Of a stretch of DNA of 64,000 nt, positions 61,350-64,000 are shown piece by piece (position 1 is the stretch's first letter; each line of letters opens with the position of its first letter). The notes beneath the pieces are model-generated. The model saw only the letters and a list, made by a program, of their open reading frames with translations. It searched no databases and had not been told where the DNA came from. Position numbers and translations under genes: made by a program. Origin of the DNA: Malacoraja senta. Lineage: Eukaryota. The stretch lies in contig CM075991.1 in assembly GCA_038087875.1 (NCBI GenBank), positions 248,001-312,000 on the forward strand. Reading direction: 5' to 3'.

Positions 61350-62855
61350 GCTTTCCCAATGCGCTGCTATTACAAATTATGCTGTTGAAATATTATTTCC
61401 GGCCCTCCAGGTGGGTTCCCGTTGGTCATCGATCCGCGGCGGGCGAGCCGGGCCTTCCTGGCGAGTCCCTGGTCTCCGGCAGGAGAGCTGCACCTTCCAG
61501 GCGGATCCTCGCTCTCGGGGCCGCGGCTCCCCAGGGTGCTCCCGCCGCGCGCGAGAAAGTCTCTGAATGCCGGTTCTCCATTTAGAATTTATGTAGTTTA
61601 AATATATCTATGCTGGACATGTTTATGTTTCTGAATGTTTTTTTAAGTCTAAATACCAATTGCTATGACAAGATACGAAGAGGTCAGCTTGATGGTATAT
61701 TGTAAAAGTTATTAACGTTTGAAATTCTTAAAAACCGCGCATGCGCAGATTGGTCTCCTCTCCTGTCAGTCAGGAAGGGGCGTCGCCGGGACCGCGGTGA
61801 AGGAGTGGCGGCAGCCTGGTGGGGAGGGTAGTGCCGCGGGCTGAGCCCAGGAACTGTGCCTGGGCCCAGGCTGGAGCCAAGAACGAGCCCGGGGACTGAG
61901 CCTGGGCTGGAGCCGAGCCTGGGGCTGGAGCTGAAGTGAGGGCCGAGCCTGGGGCTTGGGATGGGGCCGTGACCGGAGCCGAGAAAGAAACCACGGCCTG
62001 GGATGGAACTAAGGATGAGCCTGGGTCCGGGGTCAAGGACAAGCCCTCCTTCCCTCCCTCCCTCCCACTCTCTCTCCTACTCTTCCTCTCCCTCCCTCTC
62101 TCTCCCTCCCTCCCTCTCAACCCCTTCCTCTATCCATCCGCTCTCTTTCCCTCCCCCTCTCTCTATTCCCTCTCGGTCCCTATTCATTGTAAAACTGATA
62201 CACCCCTCACTCTCCCTCCCTCTCCCTCCCTCTCCCTCCCCTCCCTCTTTCCATCCATCTCTCTCGCTGCCTCTCACTCCCTCTGCCTCCCTCCCTCACT
62301 CTCTCCCTCCCTCTCCCCATCTCTCCCTCTTCCTCCCACCTTCTATCTCCCTTTCCATCCCTCCCTCTCTCCCTCCCTCTCTCTCCCTCCCTGTTCCTTT
62401 TTCCCCTCCCCCTCTCATTCCTTCTCCCTCCCTCTCTTCCTTCCTCCCTCTCTCTTTCTCCCTCACTCTCTTCCTCCCTCTCTCTTCCTCCCCCTCTCAC
62501 TTCCTCTCTCTCTCTGCCACCCTTTCTCTCTCGTTCCCTCTCTTGCCCCCCTCTCTCCCTCCTTCCATCTCTCCCTCCCTTCTTCCTCTCTCCCTGTCTC
62601 CCAGGTGAAAGAAGAGGGAGTGTCAGGTGCTGGGGGATGAGGGCGAATGGAGGAGGATAGGAGTAGGAAGAGAGATGGCGAGGTAATGGAAATATTAAAT
62701 GCAAAGTTATTAACTTTAACGTAACTTCTGCCGTTCGTGCAGGACCGTCAGCTGATCATGCGCATTTGGGGGCTATGGCTTAGTGGTGGAATATTGCGTT
62801 GGGGGGCGAGCCCTCCCGTGTGACAAAGGGACCCAACAGGTCCCACTTAGTCTAG
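61350..62855 (+). mobile_element. Helitron-family element; 3' end clear, 5' boundary approximate; CT-rich interior
   Basis: Hairpin gggacccaacaggtccc, then acttagtCTAG at 62852-62855 followed by T. Confidence 0.6.
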
Positions 62856-62859
62856 TGTA

Positions 62860-63395
62860 CGATAAATCTCTGGGACCTGTTCAGCTTGAAGTTGGCACTA
62901 CAATAGCTGATATTGTAGTCAGTGAAGATGGTTATCAAGAAATCGAGTAGGATATTGATCAGCTGGGCAATAAGTTTGAGGAATGGAAAATGGACTTTAA
63001 CTTAGATATGTGTGAATTGCTGCATTTTGAGAAGTCAAACCAGGGCAAAACCTTCACAATGAATGGTAGGGCACTGTGAGTCATACAGCATGGAAACAGG
63101 CCATTCGGCCCAACATGCCCATGCAGACCAACATGCCCCATCTTTGCTAGTTTCACCTGCCTGTGTTTGGCCCATATCCTTCTAAAATGTACCTATCCAA
63201 GGGTCTTTTAAATGTTGTTATTGTCCATACTTACAGTGTGGTAGAGCAGTGGGACCTCAGAGTACAATTTGCGTCACGTCGATAGGGTGCTGAAGATTTT
63301 TGGTACGTTGGCCTTTATCAGTCAGGGTACTGAGTATAGAATTTGGGATGTTATGTTACAGTTGTTCAAGATGTTGGTGAGGCCACAGTTGATGT
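62860..63395 (+). mobile_element. Old CR1 fragment with a nested inverted CR1 3' end (about 63080-63230)
   Basis: HVDRVLKIFGTLAFISQGTEYRIWDVMLQLFKMLVRP. Confidence 0.7.
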
Positions 63396-63396
63396 A

Positions 63397-63475
63397 TTTC
63401 CGCAGAGACCGCTCCCTCCGTAACTCCCTGGTCAATTCGTCCCTTCCCACCCGAACCACCCCCTCTCCGGGCACT
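63397..63475 (+). mobile_element. Penelope-like element ORF fragment
   Basis: FRRDRSLRNSLVNSSLPTRTTPSPGT resembles the linker before the GIY-YIG domain of Penelope-like elements. Confidence 0.55.
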
Positions 63476-64000
63476 ATGAATATGATATAGTTGGGAGCAC
63501 GGAGACCATGGCTCCAGGGTGACCAAGACTGGGAGCTGAACATCCAGGGATATTCAATATTCAGGAGGGATAGACAGAAAGGAAAAGGAGGTGGGGTAGC
63601 ATTGCTGGTTAGAGAAGAGATTAACGCAATAGAAAGGAAGGACATTAGCTTGGAGGATGTGGAATCGATATGGGTAGAGCTGCGAAACACTAAGGGGCAG
63701 AAAACGCTAGTGGGAGTTGTGTACAGGCCACCTAACAGTAGTAGTGGAGGGGGGTGGCATCGAACAGGTATTAGAAATGCGTGCAACAAAGGTAAAACAG
63801 TTATAATGGGTGACTTTAATGTACATATAGATTGGCTGAATCAAATTGGCAGGGGTGCTGAGGAAGAGGATTTCTTGGAATGTATGCGGGATAGTTTTCT
63901 AAACCAACATGTAGAGGAACCAACGAGAGAGCAGGCTATTCTAGACTGGGTATTGAGTAATGAGGAAGGGTTAGTTAGCAGTCTTGTTGTGCGTGGCCCC
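63476..64000 (+). mobile_element. CR1 endonuclease region, runs off the window
   Basis: Near-identical to 32000-32520. Confidence 0.92.

Noticed and set aside
61735..61755. NRF1-like GCGCATGCGC plus CCAAT box as a host promoter
   Set aside because: Appears to lie within a Helitron-family repeat; no associated exon seen

Overview
Eukaryotic, non-coding-rich vertebrate DNA. The repeat content (two CR1 LINE families, an HE1/V-SINE-like SINE, Penelope-derived repeats) suggests a cartilaginous fish such as a skate or ray; this is inference. Most of the window is nested transposable elements: many CR1 copies (one with an uninterrupted 921-aa ORF2), one L1, two full-length Gypsy LTR retrotransposons with 5-bp TSDs, several non-autonomous Helitrons carrying minisatellites, a Harbinger-type MITE and two endogenous retrovirus (ERV) remnants. 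The only host gene recognised is the last two coding exons of a GDPD3/GDPD1-like lysophospholipase D on the minus strand. There is a 200-N gap and a near-identical 3.66-kb tandem duplication. The most striking feature is the ERV remnant at about 50531-52931. Between its integrase C-terminus and its PPT/3' LTR, the env ectodomain is replaced by intronless host-gene fragments: a CRACR2A/Rab44-like segment and a thrombospondin-1/2 type-3-repeat plus C-terminal domain. The thrombospondin part reads in frame into an env-like transmembrane anchor, the layout of a decayed transducing retrovirus. All protein assignments are by-eye comparisons with recalled family sequences; no database searches were run.
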